Shown in pieces: positions 1 to 9,820 of a stretch of DNA of 64,000 nt. This DNA is from Nitrospirota bacterium. Lineage in GTDB: Bacteria > Nitrospirota > Nitrospiria > Nitrospirales > Nitrospiraceae. The notes below the pieces were generated by a model. It saw nothing but the letters and a program-made list of their open reading frames with translations. It ran no database searches and was not told where the DNA came from. The stretch's first letter is position 1; each line of letters starts with the position of its first letter. The stretch spans positions 32,001 through 96,000 of the forward strand of contig CAVPGK010000014.1 of NCBI GenBank assembly GCA_963703955.1. Reading direction: 5' to 3'. The position numbers and the translations under genes are program-made.

Positions 1-896
1 CCCAATATGTCGTGCTCCAACAACAGATGCTGCGCGACCAGTTGACTGAGTATCAGGCCCGTGTCGAGGCCGCTAATCATTTAGTGGATCAACGGAAGGC
101 TGCAGTGGAGGTGACGAAGGAGAATATCTTCCGATTGCAGGTGACGGTTCCATTCGAGGTGGAACGGGCTGAGGCTTACAGAAAGCTCCTTCAGGACCAG
201 TTCGTGTCCAAGCTGGATTATCTGCAATTTGAGCAGCAACGGATTGACAAGGCTCAAGAATTGGCTGGACAGAAACAGAAACTGATTCAGGATAAGGCAG
301 CTCTGGCCGAGGCGAAGAAAAATTATCGGGCGCTGATTTCGGAGTTCCTGCAGGCTCGGCAAGCCGAATTATCCGCGGTGGAAATGAAAGCCGCGTCGCT
401 GGAGCAAGAAGTCATTAAAGCGGGGCAACGCACAGAATTTCAGAAGCTCATGGCCCCAATCGACGGAGCGGTCCAACAGTTGGCCGTCCATACGGTGGGC
501 GGGGTGGTCACGCCGGCGCAGCAGCTCATGATGGTTGTCCCGCGGGAGTCTGCCCTCGATGTGGAAGCCTGGATCGAGAATAAAGATATCGGCTTTGTGA
601 AGGCGGGTCAGCCGGTAGAGATCAAAGTCGAAACCTTCCCGTTCACCCTCTATGGGACGATCGATGGCCGGATCGTCAGCACGTCAAATGACGCCGTTCC
701 ACAGGAGAAAGCCGGGCTGGTCTATGCAGCCCGGGTGAGCATGGCGCGATCGACCATGCGGGTCGAAGAGAAGCAGGTCAATCTCTCTCCCGGCATGGCC
801 GTATCAGTGGAGATCAAGACCGGCACTCGCCGCGCCATTGAATACTTCCTGAGCCCTCTCGTAAAGTCCGTGCAGGAAAGCATCCGCGAGCGCTGA
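1..896 (+). CDS. HlyD family type I secretion membrane-fusion (periplasmic adaptor) protein, 5'-truncated by window
   Basis: Coiled-coil followed by 'APIDGAVQQLAVHTVGGVVTPAQQLM', 'DIGFVKAGQPVEIKVETFPFTLYG' and 'PGMAVSVEIKTGTRRAIEYFLSP', the typical HlyD C-terminus. Confidence 0.93.
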   Translation, partial: QYVVLQQQMLRDQLTEYQARVEAANHLVDQRKAAVEVTKENIFRLQVTVPFEVERAEAYRKLLQDQFVSKLDYLQFEQQRIDKAQELAGQKQKLIQDKAALAEAKKNYRALISEFLQARQAELSAVEMKAASLEQEVIKAGQRTEFQKLMAPIDGAVQQLAVHTVGGVVTPAQQLMMVVPRESALDVEAWIENKDIGFVKAGQPVEIKVETFPFTLYGTIDGRIVSTSNDAVPQEKAGLVYAARVSMARSTMRVEEKQVNLSPGMAVSVEIKTGTRRAIEYFLSPLVKSVQESIRER

Positions 897-1220
897 CCCC
901 TAGCCAGCGGTCAACATTGATGAGTGGTCCCAATCCTCCGCGTTCTTCAGCTCCGACGCCGTATTGAACGTGGCCAGTTGATAGGCCGCTTGGCGCACTC
1001 AGTCCGATTCTGTAATTATCTGTTCCAAATCACATGGATATGGTAATTCTTCGTAGGTCGAACCATAATACTCGTCGAAAGTTCTACGACAAGAGTCGAA
1101 TTGTGGTGAGCGCCATAAGTATGGATACTTAATACACCGAAGAAATGACCGAAGGCAAGGAGAGAGTACCAAACTTCTTGGAGTCATCGGGTAATTAATG
1201 TTGCATGGAGGAACGCTGAC

Positions 1221-2036
1221 ATGAAAGTCGTCTTGTTCTGCGGCGGATACGGGATGCGGATCAGAGACTATTCACAGAATACTCCAAAGCCCATGGTCCC
1301 CATCGGATATCGCCCGATCCTCTGGCATGTCATGAAGTATTATGCCCATTTTGGGCACAAGGAATTTATCCTCTGCTTAGGGTACGGCGCCGATGTAATT
1401 AAAAGTTATTTTCTAAGCTACAATGAATGCCTTTCAAATGATTTCGTCCTCTCCGGCGGGGGCAAGAATCTTGAGCTTATCAACACGGATATTCAGGATT
1501 GGAAGATCACCTTTGCAGATACAGGCATTGGATCCTCTATCGGGGAACGTCTGAAGGTGGTGGAGAAGTATCTGGGCGACGACGAAGAATTTTTAGCGAC
1601 CTACAGCGACGGATTAACGGACTTGCCACTCTCTGAGCACATCGAACATTTTCACAAGCATGACCTCATTGGGAGCTTTCTGTGCGTGAGACCGAGACTA
1701 ACTTACCACTCGGTCAAGTTGGAGGATGGCGACCATGTGGCAGAGGTTCAGGAGTTGAATGTCACCGGTCTGAGGATCAACGGGGGGTACTTTGTGTTCA
1801 AACGAAAGGTATTCGACTATATCCGCAACGGGGAAGATTTGGTCAATGAGCCGTTTCAGAGACTGATTAAGGAACGACAACTCCTAGGGTATCGCTACGA
1901 TGGTTTCTGGGGATGTATGGACACGTTTAAGGACAAGCAGTATCTCGACGAGTTAGATTCGAGCGGAAGCGCGCCGTGGGAAGTATGGAAAAAGTGCCCC
2001 AGACCTGAACGTGAGGCGGCTCCTGTGGGTCGATAG
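1221..2036 (+). CDS. rfbF: Glucose-1-phosphate cytidylyltransferase
   Basis: 'KVVLFCGGYGMR', 'PKPMVPIG..PILWHVMKYYAHFGHKEF', 'INGGYFVF', 'GFWGCMDT'; GGAGGA RBS. Confidence 0.85.
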   Translation: MKVVLFCGGYGMRIRDYSQNTPKPMVPIGYRPILWHVMKYYAHFGHKEFILCLGYGADVIKSYFLSYNECLSNDFVLSGGGKNLELINTDIQDWKITFADTGIGSSIGERLKVVEKYLGDDEEFLATYSDGLTDLPLSEHIEHFHKHDLIGSFLCVRPRLTYHSVKLEDGDHVAEVQELNVTGLRINGGYFVFKRKVFDYIRNGEDLVNEPFQRLIKERQLLGYRYDGFWGCMDTFKDKQYLDELDSSGSAPWEVWKKCPRPEREAAPVGR

Positions 2037-2054
2037 CAGGGGGGTGATCTTGTC

Positions 2055-2732
2055 ATGTTTCAATTGGGTCGCATCGCCGATCATAAAGCAACATGTAGCA
2101 TCTTGTGCCTCGGAGCTCATTCCGACGATATCGAAATTGGCTGTGGCGGTACGATTCTTCAACTTTCTCAAGCCTATCAGCACATCGAATGGCACTGGAT
2201 CGTCTTTAGCGCGGACCGTCAACGTCGCCAGGAGGCGGTCCAGAGCGCCGAACTCTTCCTTCGCCATGCCAAGCGGAAGACGATTGTGGTGAATAATTTC
2301 AAAGATGGTTGTTTCCCGTTCATCGGAAGTCGAATCAAGTCCTATTTTGAGAAGATCAAGCAATCCTGCTCGCCTGACCTCATTTTGACGCATTATCGCA
2401 ATGATTTGCATCAGGATCATCGGGTGATCTCTGATCTTACCTGGAATACCTTTAGGGATCATCTGATACTGGAATACGAGATTCCCAAGTATGATGGCGA
2501 TGTGGGATCCCCCAACTTCTTTGTACACTTGAACGAGCCGCAGTGTATGACAAAGACCCGCCATATTATGGAGTGTTTCAAAACACAAGCGGGGAAGCAG
2601 TGGTTTACCGAGGACACGTTCCTTTCGGTGATGAGGATCAGAGGAATCGAATCCAATGCGCCGAGCAAATATGCCGAAGGGTTCTATTGTCGAAAGATGG
2701 TATTTGAAGGAAAAGGAGTGGCTGCAAGATAA
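2055..2732 (+). CDS. PIG-L/LmbE family deacetylase
   Basis: 'GAHSDDIEIGCGG' and 'DLHQDH' metal-binding motifs. Confidence 0.88.
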   Translation: MFQLGRIADHKATCSILCLGAHSDDIEIGCGGTILQLSQAYQHIEWHWIVFSADRQRRQEAVQSAELFLRHAKRKTIVVNNFKDGCFPFIGSRIKSYFEKIKQSCSPDLILTHYRNDLHQDHRVISDLTWNTFRDHLILEYEIPKYDGDVGSPNFFVHLNEPQCMTKTRHIMECFKTQAGKQWFTEDTFLSVMRIRGIESNAPSKYAEGFYCRKMVFEGKGVAAR

Positions 2733-2958
2733 AGAACAGGACCTGACGATTCCATAGGTCAAACGCTCCACTCGAATTCGCCTCTCATCTGACCCACCTC
2801 ACTTGCCTCCTTGAGTCCTTTGGCGTGTAATTCCCCTGGATCATAATAGATAAGGTTCTCAACTACGTAGAATAACTAAAAGGTCGCGTCGGGTTCTGCC
2901 GGGATAGTCCGGACGATCCTATTGACCGGATTAGGTTCCGGTCGAGACGAGATGTTCC

Positions 2959-3180
2959 TTATGATAGCTTATGGGAGCCGAGTCGTATCGTAAGAAAAAG
3001 CGGCTTGCTACTTTCAGGGAGCGTAAGTGGCCGGCGCAGTAACCACTGTCCTTCAGGTTGTTCGATAGCGGCCGTAAAGCTTCGTAATTCACCGGTCTGC
3101 TCATTAAAGAGAATGGGCATATCCGTGTTCCGCCATCGCCGGTAGCTCTTGAGTTTTCGCCAGTTCGTTGCGAATCCCAT
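2959..3180 (-). CDS. Small hypothetical protein (73 aa)
   Basis: ATG preceded by strong AGGAGGAG Shine-Dalgarno on the minus strand (~3188-3195); no recognisable motif. Confidence 0.5.
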   Translation of the reverse strand: MGFATNWRKLKSYRRWRNTDMPILFNEQTGELRSFTAAIEQPEGQWLLRRPLTLPESSKPLFLTIRLGSHKLS

Positions 3181-3412
3181 TACGAGGCTCCTCCTGTCAT
3201 GAGGTCGGTGGAAGAATGAAAATCGCGTTGACGAAAATTAGTATAGCGCGTGTCCTCAGTTCCGCAACTACGCAGTCAGACGAATGCTGCTGTCATCGCG
3301 GAGAGAGGGTGAGATGAAAAAGTCGGCGGGTCATCGGCATCGGCGGTGGGGCGTCGACCTCGACGGCCGGCGCGGTCTGTCAGACAAGAATGGACTGACA
3401 AGTCACTGATTG

Positions 3413-4126
3413 TTAACCCGCATTATTCATGAAGCGTGAAGGCGCTATCATTGCGGAGCGGGAATCCGACGGTTCTTTCATTCCCAATTCCTCATAACGG
3501 CCAGAGGGAGGCTCATATGGTCTTGGCATTTTGATCTGGCACATATCCGCGGACGGCACTTCATGATAACCCGCGGGACGAAAGCCCCATACCGTCGCCA
3601 AAGCCTGACAGGCCAGGTTCGTCAACGCTCCGTCGTGTTCATGGGTGATTGGAGAATAGGACGCCTGGGCGTTCCACTCCGTGTCCCCGGTCTTGACGTC
3701 TACTCCTCGAATGGCCACCGTGGTTGAATGACGGGCTGTGAGATCGATTGGACGACCCGTCTGGTGCCCCTGGGAAGACATTGACGCGCGAGAGGTGTCG
3801 ACAAATACGAGCGTGTCCACGCCGAGAACGTGGGCGGCCTGCAGTACCGCGGTCTCATCCTGCGAGTGCGGGCTTCGGTCGGGAGTGTGTTCATCCAAAA
3901 CCCTTTGCAATTGTTCGCGTTCGACGACCACAAGCCCTCGTTTTTGCAGCCAAGTTGCGACAGCGGTCTCCGCTTCGACCTGAGTGGGTCCCCAGACGAC
4001 CAAACGAGTAGGTTGTTGCGGAAGCGTCCGATATGACCCTGTGGTAACCGGGTACACGGTTTTGGTGCACGCCGTCATGAACAGTAAGAGCCCGAGTCCG
4101 ATCAACAAGCGAAGTGGTCGTGTCAT
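3413..4126 (-). CDS. Hypothetical lipoprotein (CsgG/penicillin-binding activator-like alpha/beta fold possible)
   Basis: Start re-placed at MTRPLRLL; hydrophobic stretch plus lipobox 'MTAC'; 'VVEREQLQRVLDE' resembles CsgG-like proteins. Confidence 0.6.
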   Translation of the reverse strand: MTRPLRLLIGLGLLLFMTACTKTVYPVTTGSYRTLPQQPTRLVVWGPTQVEAETAVATWLQKRGLVVVEREQLQRVLDEHTPDRSPHSQDETAVLQAAHVLGVDTLVFVDTSRASMSSQGHQTGRPIDLTARHSTTVAIRGVDVKTGDTEWNAQASYSPITHEHDGALTNLACQALATVWGFRPAGYHEVPSADMCQIKMPRPYEPPSGRYEELGMKEPSDSRSAMIAPSRFMNNAG

Positions 4127-4455
4127 GGTTGACTCTCTTGTGTGGGGTCGGGGGCGTGATACTACCGAGTGTGTGAGCGCGCCGATTGACTTGGCAGATT
4201 CTATCACGTAATGCGATGGCAGAAGATTAAAACATTCCCGCGATTCCCTGTACTGAGTTTCTCTTACAGCAACATCGTGGACACCCGACCTCATTTCGAG
4301 TAAGACCGTTTTTCTCGCCCCTACCACTGTGAACACGGTCTTCATCCAGAACCGGTATAACGTCTCCTGCTCCGGAATTCTCGCGCTGGTCCAACATTCA
4401 GTAATAATACTTGAGTCTGGCCCACTTTACAAGCCAGCTGCGTTCGGGCGCAGGC

Positions 4456-5799
4456 TCAGGCGTGACGTTTGGTTACAATCGCTGCGGCACAGAGGTCCCC
4501 GCTATGGATGGCGCTTTCTACGGTGGAGGGGAGGCCGGTGTCGGTCCAATCGCCGGCGAGAAAGAAGTTGGGGAATGGACTCTGTTGCAATGGACGAAGG
4601 GCCATCGTGCGGGGACGGACGGAAAGAAACGCGCGAGGCTCTCGGATGATGTAATGATCTGACACAGGTGCCGCCTTCGCTTCCGGAATCGCCGCCCGGA
4701 GATCGGCGACGGCCAAATCCAACACGTCCTTCTCTGAATATTCCAGCAAGGTCGGCTGTCCCGTGGCTACTAGGGAGGCGAGCAGCCGCCGGTTGCCGGA
4801 ACTTTCCGGCCGCAGGACCATCCAATGATACTGGTAGGGTCGGCCTGCCAACAGCAGGACCCGTGAGCGGGAGATCGCAAAGTCCATCCAGACATGAGCC
4901 ACCAGTGCCGGGCTATCGATCAGTTGTGGCAATTGTTGAAAATATGAAAAGCGTGTCACTGCGCGCTCAGGCAGCAGAGGGCTCAGATCCCGGTGCGGGA
5001 TGGCGGCCACGTACCAATCCGCGGTGACGGTACCGCCGTCATCGAGTTGGACGCCGGTCACGCCCTGGGCATTGATTCGAATCTGGCTCACCGGCGTGTC
5101 TGGTCGCAGGGTCACCCCGACCTTGCGCAAGGACTGCACGCAGGGTTCTACCAGCAAGCAGCCCATGCTGTCGTTGGGAATGGCAAGCATGGAGTGACAC
5201 CGGGATGACAGAAAGCAACTGATCAACACCCTCAGAAATAAGGCTGCGGAGACGGTCTTGAGGTCGTCTCCGAGCAGAAAACGGGAAAGCGGGGACCAGG
5301 TGCCAAGCCGGCCCGCCTCCGACTGCCCGATTCTTCTGAACCATGCCTCTGCCGTGTGGTTGTCGAGGTCCGCGGGAAGCGCCGGGTCTTTTTCCCATGT
5401 CCGCTCGATCCAGTTAAGGAATTTCCAGCGGTCTCGAAGCGGCAGTCCGCGAAAGATCGCCAAGCTTAAAATCGTACCCCACGGGGCCGGTAGCAGCGGA
5501 CGACGGAGCCGAATGGGGCGCTTGCCGAAGCCCGCGAATTCCAAAGATAGACCGGAGGAAAAGCGAACGCGCGGTGCCATCCCGAGAGTGTTGAGTAAGG
5601 CCTGCGTGGCGTGGTGACATCCCAGGAACACGGTGGGTATCGCGTCGGTGTAGGGCGGCTTGGCTGTCGTATGGATCAACCGACCGCCCCACGCGTCCCC
5701 TTGTTCAAGGAGAGTGACGAGGTAGCCCTGTTTACTCAGGCGAAGGGCGGCTGTAAGAGCAGCAAGGCCGCCCCCTATGATCAGCACGTTTCGTTTCAC
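4456..5799 (-). CDS. hpnE: Hydroxysqualene dehydroxylase (FAD-dependent, squalene/hopanoid pathway)
   Basis: N-terminal 'IIGGGLAALTAA..L', 'WGGR', C-terminal 'FLAGDWTDTGLPSTVESAIHSG'; directly downstream of hpnD. Confidence 0.85.
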   Translation of the reverse strand: MKRNVLIIGGGLAALTAALRLSKQGYLVTLLEQGDAWGGRLIHTTAKPPYTDAIPTVFLGCHHATQALLNTLGMAPRVRFSSGLSLEFAGFGKRPIRLRRPLLPAPWGTILSLAIFRGLPLRDRWKFLNWIERTWEKDPALPADLDNHTAEAWFRRIGQSEAGRLGTWSPLSRFLLGDDLKTVSAALFLRVLISCFLSSRCHSMLAIPNDSMGCLLVEPCVQSLRKVGVTLRPDTPVSQIRINAQGVTGVQLDDGGTVTADWYVAAIPHRDLSPLLPERAVTRFSYFQQLPQLIDSPALVAHVWMDFAISRSRVLLLAGRPYQYHWMVLRPESSGNRRLLASLVATGQPTLLEYSEKDVLDLAVADLRAAIPEAKAAPVSDHYIIREPRAFLSVRPRTMALRPLQQSPFPNFFLAGDWTDTGLPSTVESAIHSGDLCAAAIVTKRHA

Positions 5800-5898
5800 A
5801 TCAGTTTCGTGTTTAGCGTAAGATTAAGGCCTATTGGGCCATCACTTCTAAGATCCTCAACCTTAGCCTTAGATTGTTGAGCAACATGTTCTTAGGAT

Positions 5899-6759
5899 TT
5901 AGGATAAGAAGGAGCGGATCCACACGCCTCCGGCAATCGCGAGACGGTAAGACGGGGCGAGACTGACGCGAGTGCCGTACACCCGATAGCCGGATCGCTC
6001 GATACGTCCCAGGATTCGGATGTAAACCCCCCGCATGATCTCAGCTACGGTCAGAGTGCGCCGATCCGTTGTCGGTAAGGATTCGGCCGCTTCTCGGGCC
6101 TTCCGATAATAGTCGCGGACCCGAGCGCATTGGAACTTCATCAGTTCCACAAAGCTAGGTGAATAGGTGCGTGCCAACAGCTCGGATTCTGAGTATCCAA
6201 AGCGCGCCAGGTCTTCCTGCGGGAGGTAGATACGTCCACGCTCGGCGTCCGTGCCGAGATCTCTGAGGATATTGGTGAGTTGAAAGGCCAGCCCCAGATC
6301 GTTGGCATACTGTCGTGCTTCGGGTGAACGGGTGCCGAAAATATGCAGGCAGATCAACCCGACAACGGAAGCGACCCGATAGCAATAGAGCGAGAGCTCG
6401 TCAAAGGTCGCGTACCGGGTGGTCGAGAGATCCATTTCTACCCCCGCCAGGAGATCCTCAAAATACTGTTGGGGAATGTTCAACCGCCGGACATGTTCGG
6501 CGAGGCTGATCGTGACGGGATGCGATGGGGTGCCATGGTAGGCGGCCGCCAATTCCTGGTGCCAGCGCGTGAGCTGTTCACGGGGATCGGTGCTCGCCGG
6601 GGCGTCATCCACCGCGCTGTCAACCTCCTTGCAGAAGGCATACACGGTGTACATGGCTTCACGGCGAGGGCGTGGGAGAAACAGAAACGAATAGTAAAAG
6701 TTGCTCTTGCTCCGTTTCGTGACGGTCTCGCAGTAGGTCTGGGCTTCGGAGAGAGTCAT
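5899..6759 (-). CDS. hpnD: Presqualene diphosphate synthase (squalene/phytoene synthase family)
   Basis: 'SNFYYSFLFLP', 'YAFCKEVDSAVD', 'YCYRVASVVG', 'FQLTNILRD', 'GRIYLPQEDL'; start re-placed at MTLSEAQ. Confidence 0.85.
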   Translation of the reverse strand: MTLSEAQTYCETVTKRSKSNFYYSFLFLPRPRREAMYTVYAFCKEVDSAVDDAPASTDPREQLTRWHQELAAAYHGTPSHPVTISLAEHVRRLNIPQQYFEDLLAGVEMDLSTTRYATFDELSLYCYRVASVVGLICLHIFGTRSPEARQYANDLGLAFQLTNILRDLGTDAERGRIYLPQEDLARFGYSESELLARTYSPSFVELMKFQCARVRDYYRKAREAAESLPTTDRRTLTVAEIMRGVYIRILGRIERSGYRVYGTRVSLAPSYRLAIAGGVWIRSFLS

Positions 6760-6788
6760 AAGTTCTAGGCCGCCCTCAAAAAGCGCTT

Positions 6789-7035
6789 CAGGATGCTCAA
6801 GAAGACAAGCCGACAGGGCCGCAGGGGCCCGCGGCGCGATGAATAAAGAGCGCCACGTTTGTGCGCGCCGCCGAGACGAATAAGGAGCCTCACGTTTGCG
6901 CACGCCCGCGAGCCGGTGAGCGGGCAGTGTCTTCGGTGAGGCGGCCGGGTCTTTGGACGCCGAGGCCTACAGTGCGAGCACGTGAAGGCATCCAAGTGAC
7001 CGAAAACGAAGTTGGGTGCCTCTTTCAGCATCCTG
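6789..7035. repeat. MITE/REP-like intergenic element with imperfect terminal inverted repeats
   Basis: Left end CAGGATGCTCAAGAA, right end TCTTTCAGCATCCTG; left end recurs at 9580. Confidence 0.7.
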
Positions 7036-7942
7036 CGATGCGGTGGGCGCCGGGTGGGACACGTTCCCCAACCAGGGATGGATGGCACAAGGCCGCCAGT
7101 AGGGCAACGCCATCAACCAGTCGTGGTCCGGGTCGGCTGAAATAGGCACCGGCGTCCACCGCGAAGACACGACCATTGCGTACAGCTGGGAGCCGTGTCC
7201 ATTCTGGATGAGATTGGACGCGGCTGATTTCCTTCTGAGTGCGATCGATGGAGAATCCACACGGCATCAACACCAGAACGTCGGGCTTGGTCATCGCCAG
7301 TCGTTCCCAAGTGATCCGCTCGGATGGGGCGCCCGCTGTGCCGAGTACATCGTTCCCGCCAGCCCATGCGACCATCTCCGGAACCCAGTGGCCGGCGGCA
7401 AAAAGGGGGTCGAGCCACTCGATGCATGCGACATTCGGCCGTTCGCGCGCCGACATGAGGCTGGCACGAATGGATTCGAGGCGTGAACGGGACGAGGCGA
7501 TAAGCGCACGGGCTTCAGACGCTTTTCCGAGAGCGGTCCCGATCCGCTCGATGTCTCCGAAGATATGATCAAGGCGAGTGGGGTTCAGCGTCAGCACGTG
7601 AGGCGGGTTCGGCAGCGCATGGAGCGCCTGCTGTAGTTGGTTCGGCGTGATCGCGCAAACGTGGCAAAGGTCTTGAGTGATGACCACGTCCGGGCATGCG
7701 CGCCCGAATCCCGTGTCATCCAAGGCATATAAGTATTGCTGGCTGCTGAGCGCCGAGCGGACCTGCCGGTCGATGTCGGAACTCGACGCCCGTTCTGAAT
7801 CGATGATAGCGCGGACCATGACGGGCTTGTCCCGCACCTCCGGGGGATAGTCGCACTCGTGACTAACTCCGACTAAGTTATCCGCCAGTCCCAAGGCTGC
7901 TACCACTTCAGTTGCTCCGGGTAAGAGAGAACAGATTCTCAT
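7025..7942 (-). CDS. BtuF-like cobalamin/siderophore-binding fold protein
   Basis: 'RICSLLPGATEVVAALG', 'VGVSHECDYP', 'TQDLCHVCA', 'EWLDP..AGHWVPEM', 'YFSRPGPRLVDG'. Confidence 0.82.
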   Translation of the reverse strand: MRICSLLPGATEVVAALGLADNLVGVSHECDYPPEVRDKPVMVRAIIDSERASSSDIDRQVRSALSSQQYLYALDDTGFGRACPDVVITQDLCHVCAITPNQLQQALHALPNPPHVLTLNPTRLDHIFGDIERIGTALGKASEARALIASSRSRLESIRASLMSARERPNVACIEWLDPLFAAGHWVPEMVAWAGGNDVLGTAGAPSERITWERLAMTKPDVLVLMPCGFSIDRTQKEISRVQSHPEWTRLPAVRNGRVFAVDAGAYFSRPGPRLVDGVALLAALCHPSLVGERVPPGAHRIAGC

Positions 7943-8023
7943 GCCGTTCGTCTTGCCCCCGTAATGGACGGTCCCGCCCAGCATGGTGCGGGGATCGCCA
8001 AAGGCGTGTACGACAGCCAGGCC

Positions 8024-8722
8024 TTACGGCGCCTCCTCGAATTTCCAAAGCCGACGTTCCAGGTCCCTCAATCTGACGTCTGAGAGCGATCGGGTGACCG
8101 CGTCCGCCTCATCCAATTCCTCGACGGGATGCGTATTCGCCACGGCCAGCACTTTCATTCCGGCGGCATGGGCTCCTTGAATGCCGGGAATCGAGTCTTC
8201 GATCACCAGGCAGTCTTCGGCGGTCAGCTTTGGTCCGGTGTTTGGCTGATTGAGTCCGTGCATGGCGTGGAGAAAACCCTCCGGATTGGGCTTGCCGTGG
8301 CTGACGTCTTCGGAACTGGTGATATGTTCGAACTCTTTCCGAATTCCTGCTTCTTCCAGGATGAGCTCGATCTCGTGGCGGAGTGCCCCTGAACATATGG
8401 CGAGGCGATGTCGCTTGGCCGCATCGCAGACAAATGCGCGCACCCCCGGAAAAATGGCGAGTTGCTGTCGAATACACAGGAGGTAGGCAGCCGCCTTGCG
8501 ACGAACCAACTGAGCGATGATCTCGGAAGAGGTGGGGTGACCGTGCGCGGCAAGAAATGCGGCAAAGCAACCTTTGTCGTCGTAGCCCAAATAGTTGGCG
8601 TAATATTCTTCCTTGCTGAGAAAGAGTCCCAATTCCCCCAGCACCCCTTGAAAGACCGCAAAGTGCACGGGTTCGGTATCCGCCACCACCCCATCAAAGT
8701 CGAGAATGATCGCGCGCAACAA
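8024..8722 (-). CDS. HAD family phosphatase (beta-phosphoglucomutase-like)
   Basis: Motif I 'DFDGVVADT', 'GKPNPEGF', 'VIEDS..GIQGAHAAGM'. Confidence 0.9.
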   Translation of the reverse strand: MLRAIILDFDGVVADTEPVHFAVFQGVLGELGLFLSKEEYYANYLGYDDKGCFAAFLAAHGHPTSSEIIAQLVRRKAAAYLLCIRQQLAIFPGVRAFVCDAAKRHRLAICSGALRHEIELILEEAGIRKEFEHITSSEDVSHGKPNPEGFLHAMHGLNQPNTGPKLTAEDCLVIEDSIPGIQGAHAAGMKVLAVANTHPVEELDEADAVTRSLSDVRLRDLERRLWKFEEAP

Positions 8723-8858
8723 GGGGTCCTCGCTATGAAGTCGAACCTGGTGATGTCATCTGCCCTGCTCCGCGGAGTTGCGGTTTCGACGTGACGGCGT
8801 GCCGCTGCCGAATGAGGCACACAGTATAACAGAGTGAGACTCTGGTTGGGGAATGACC

Positions 8859-9491
8859 TTATCTGATTGCGAGTCGATTTTCCGCGACCCAGCCTCTGAC
8901 GCCGGTTTCTGCGCGAACTGAGTAGATCCAGACGTTATTCTGAAGCTCGGCGTCGAGCACAGTCAACGTGGACCCAGTGCGAATGGTAGGCCCCGGTCGC
9001 GTGCCTTCAGCATCGCTGGTTAGCGAGATGCTTCCGGTCGGTGAACTCGAATCCGGCTTCACGGTCACACGCTGGCCTTCACTGAAGAGAGGGGTGGGTA
9101 CGTTGGCGGGAGCGGGAGGAAAAATGACCGGCAACCCCGAAGTCGGCGATTCAGGCGCGGGCGGTGGAGAAGGCGCGATTTCGGCCGGTGGCTGGGCGAC
9201 CGTCGGTGGCGGGACGGGAGAGGGCGCAGAGGGCGGACCCTGTCCGATCAGATCGAGCACCAGGCTGGGGTCTGAGGCCAAGTAGGTCCCTCCCGCCACC
9301 ATCAGGAGGAGCAGGACTAGAATCCATGGTCTAAGACGGGGAGGCTTTGTCGAAGGTTCAGGCGATCCCAGAACCACGGGCTCATCTGGGCCGTCATCCT
9401 TCTCGAATTCAGGTTCCGGCTCACGGGCAAACGATAGATTCCACCCTGGTACTCCATTCACCGTCCTCATTGCGGCGGAATGTGAATACAT
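8859..9491 (-). CDS. Membrane-anchored proline-rich protein with C-terminal SH3-like domain
   Basis: One TM (WILVLLLLMVAGGTYL), Pro-rich linker, C-terminal 'WIYSVRAETGVRGWV'; GGAGG RBS. Confidence 0.6.
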   Translation of the reverse strand: MYSHSAAMRTVNGVPGWNLSFAREPEPEFEKDDGPDEPVVLGSPEPSTKPPRLRPWILVLLLLMVAGGTYLASDPSLVLDLIGQGPPSAPSPVPPPTVAQPPAEIAPSPPPAPESPTSGLPVIFPPAPANVPTPLFSEGQRVTVKPDSSSPTGSISLTSDAEGTRPGPTIRTGSTLTVLDAELQNNVWIYSVRAETGVRGWVAENRLAIR

Positions 9492-9579
9492 TCAGCCTCC
9501 TTTCTCCTCTGACCAGGTTGTCACACGAGAATGGTAGATATCACTATAAGATGGGCCTGTCAAACAACTGTCGTCCTTT

Positions 9580-9815
9580 CAGGATGCTCGAAAAGGCATT
9601 TACATTCGCTCCCGCCGGGTGCCGTTTCACCTACGGCCCCCGAGCCCGCCAAGACAGGCTCTGTTCTCGTGGAACGCGCTCATTCCCGTCGCAACAAGGC
9701 CGCAAATCCCTTCACACGAACACGAGGGATGTTGAGGCGCTTCCTACTCCTCGCGACCACCGTGCACATCTGCTCGGGAGAGCGCGTCTTGGCGAGCCGG
9801 GTACTGGGTCAACGT
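9580..9815. repeat. Second copy (composite/degenerate) of the CAGGATGCTC-type repeat with an internal inverted repeat
   Basis: Begins CAGGATGCTCGAAAAGG; CCCGAGCCCGCCAAGACAGGCTCT (~9639-9662) pairs with AGAGCGCGTCTTGGCGAGCCGGG (~9779-9801); contains CAAGGCCGCA similar to the first copy. Confidence 0.6.
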
Positions 9816-9820
9816 CCTGA

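Noticed and set aside
999..1187. 62-aa minus-strand ORF
   Set aside because: No RBS or recognisable family; lies in the probable rfbF promoter region
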